Shown here piece after piece: positions 62,172 through 64,000 of a stretch of DNA of 64,000 nt. The notes below the pieces were generated by a model, which worked only from the letters and a program-made list of their open reading frames with translations, did no database searches and had not been told where the DNA came from. The position numbers were made by a program, and so were the translations under genes. This DNA is from Octopus sinensis (lineage: Eukaryota). The DNA is taken from NCBI RefSeq assembly GCF_006345805.1, contig NC_042998.1, forward strand, positions 32,798,001 to 32,862,000, read 5' to 3'. How positions within the stretch are numbered: position 1 is the stretch's first letter; each line of letters opens with the position of its first letter.

Positions 62172-64000
62172 GCCCATCACTCTGCTTAATGCAGACTTGA
62201 AAATTTTGGCCAAGGTGCTAGCCAAGAGGTTGGCGCTTGTCATCGAGAAACTGGTCGACAAGGCGCAAACGTGCGCCGTGCCAGGCCGGACCATCCATGA
62301 CAACCTCCATCTGATGCGCTACATCATAGACAGGGTAGTTAACGAACCTGGCATGGGTGGGGCCCTGATCAACTTGGATCAATCGAAAGCCTTTGATAGG
62401 GTAGACCATCGATACTTGGAGGCAGTCCTGAGAGCGGCTGGTTTCGGTCCCGTCTTCCGCGGCTGGATAGCTGCCTTGTACAGAGGCATCCGTTCGGTAA
62501 TTCGCGCGTAAATGGACATCTATCGAGACCTTTCGACATTGCACGTTCGGTCCGTCAGGGATGCCCCCTCTCGGCGCTTCTATACGTATTGACTCTTGAG
62601 CCACTACTGCGGAAGCTGGCGACTCTAAGGGCATCCCGTGAGAATTGGGATGCGGGACGAGCGTGTCTGCATACGCGGACGACGTCACCGTCATAGTGTC
62701 TAGCCACGAGCACATCGAGCTGGTCGGCGAGACACTGAAAAACTACGAAGCGGTGACAGGAGCGAAAATCAACCGGGAAAAGTCAGTGGGCTTGCGACTA
62801 GGCACCTGGAGAAGCAAGCCCATGCCGTCCACCAGCGCCTCCGTCTGGGACGCTGGACCGACGGCCCGTTGAGTTGCTCGGGGTCTGGTTTGGTCCGGAC
62901 CTCCAAGTGGAGAAACTGGAACGAGATAACGAGTAGGGTGGTCACTCTCGCCGGCAATGGGCCGAGAGGAAACTGTCCCTAAAAGGTCGAGCGGAGGTGG
63001 CGAACACGTACATCGCGTCCGTCATCTACTACCGCCTGACCGTCGTACCTTGTCCCGACCCTACCATCACCAAACTACAACGCATTCTCTTTCGCTTCTT
63101 GTGGAAAGGATGCGTCCCGATGGTCAGGCGATCCATTTGCTGTCAACACACCGTTAAAGGAGGGCTGGGCATGCCGTGGTTGATGATGCGCAGATACGCG
63201 CTGAGACTGCGACATCTCTGGCTCTATGTAGACGACGGTGAACAGGTGTGGTCGCCGTTTGTGAGGCACGCTTTCCCGCAGCTCGTCTCCATGACCGAAC
63301 TGCAGTCGTGGATCTAAAAGAGGCCGAGGAAGGGCGAATGGCACCGCGAGTGTCGCGTTGCTCTCAATCAACTCTGCCGTCCTGGGTCGACTTTAAGTGA
63401 CTTCAACACAACCAAAGCATTCTATAGGGGTTTAGTGGAGGGGAGGTACGACGACGAGCTCGGGGCGAACCTGGACGTCGACGAGGAGTACCTGACCCGC
63501 CTGTTCAGGACAACATTCGGGCCAGGGCCCATGGACAACTTCCAGAGATCCCTGGCTTGGCAGTGCTACCGAGAAGCGCTACCCGTTCGGGATAAGCTCT
63601 ACAGACACGGCTCGAGAAACACGGGGCCGACCTGCCCGAGATGCGGTCAGAGCGACGAAACCGTTCTGCACGCACTCGTTCAGTGTCCAACAATTTCCGA
63701 CCTGTGGGCTTATGTCGAACAACTGCTGTCACGTGTGGGACGAGTCGGTTTATCAGCTGAGTCTATCGTCAATATTGTCACGCCTCCTTCCTTCAAACGG
63801 AAGGAAGAGCTATTTTCATCATCGTTTGGCTATGGCGAAATAATGTATCTGGTGGACGCGTCTGAAAGGATTGGAGACAAACACTTTCCTCTCTGGTCAA
63901 TCTCTCATCAACTTCTTCAAGTACCACTTGAAAAGGAAAGTGAGAGTAGAGAGGCAAGTTTTGTCTAGCAAATGTTTTAAAAAAAGATGGGTGAATGTAG
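62172..64000 (+). mobile_element. Second Tx1-clade copy, 5'-truncated, frameshifted, runs off the window
   Basis: Highly similar to 19586-21420; retains YADD (62672-62683); several 1-2 nt indels break the ORF. Confidence 0.9.

Overview
AT-rich eukaryotic non-coding DNA whose repeat families look like those of octopus genomes (my recognition, not a search result). I found no host gene I can name, and most ORF-track entries are microsatellite artefacts. The window is a dense nest of retroelements. It holds two 5'-truncated Tx1-clade LINEs, each directly after (TATC)n, and three R4/Dong restriction-like-endonuclease elements in (AAT)n, one of them near full length. It also holds a decayed Penelope-like element with a GIY-YIG domain, RTE remnants, non-autonomous Helitrons and several tRNA-derived SINE families. 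The most unusual signal is a set of at least four different minimal type I hammerhead-ribozyme motif families. One sits at the 3' end of a tRNA-headed, SINE-like element carved from the Penelope tail. Another has a swapped G3-C8 core pair inside a 255-bp foldback. The commonest SINE shares its 3' tail with the Tx1 LINE (28/33 nt), and Dong elements use the (AAT)n of the ribozyme-SINE as a landing pad. All structures were folded and aligned by eye; coordinates of decayed repeats are approximate.
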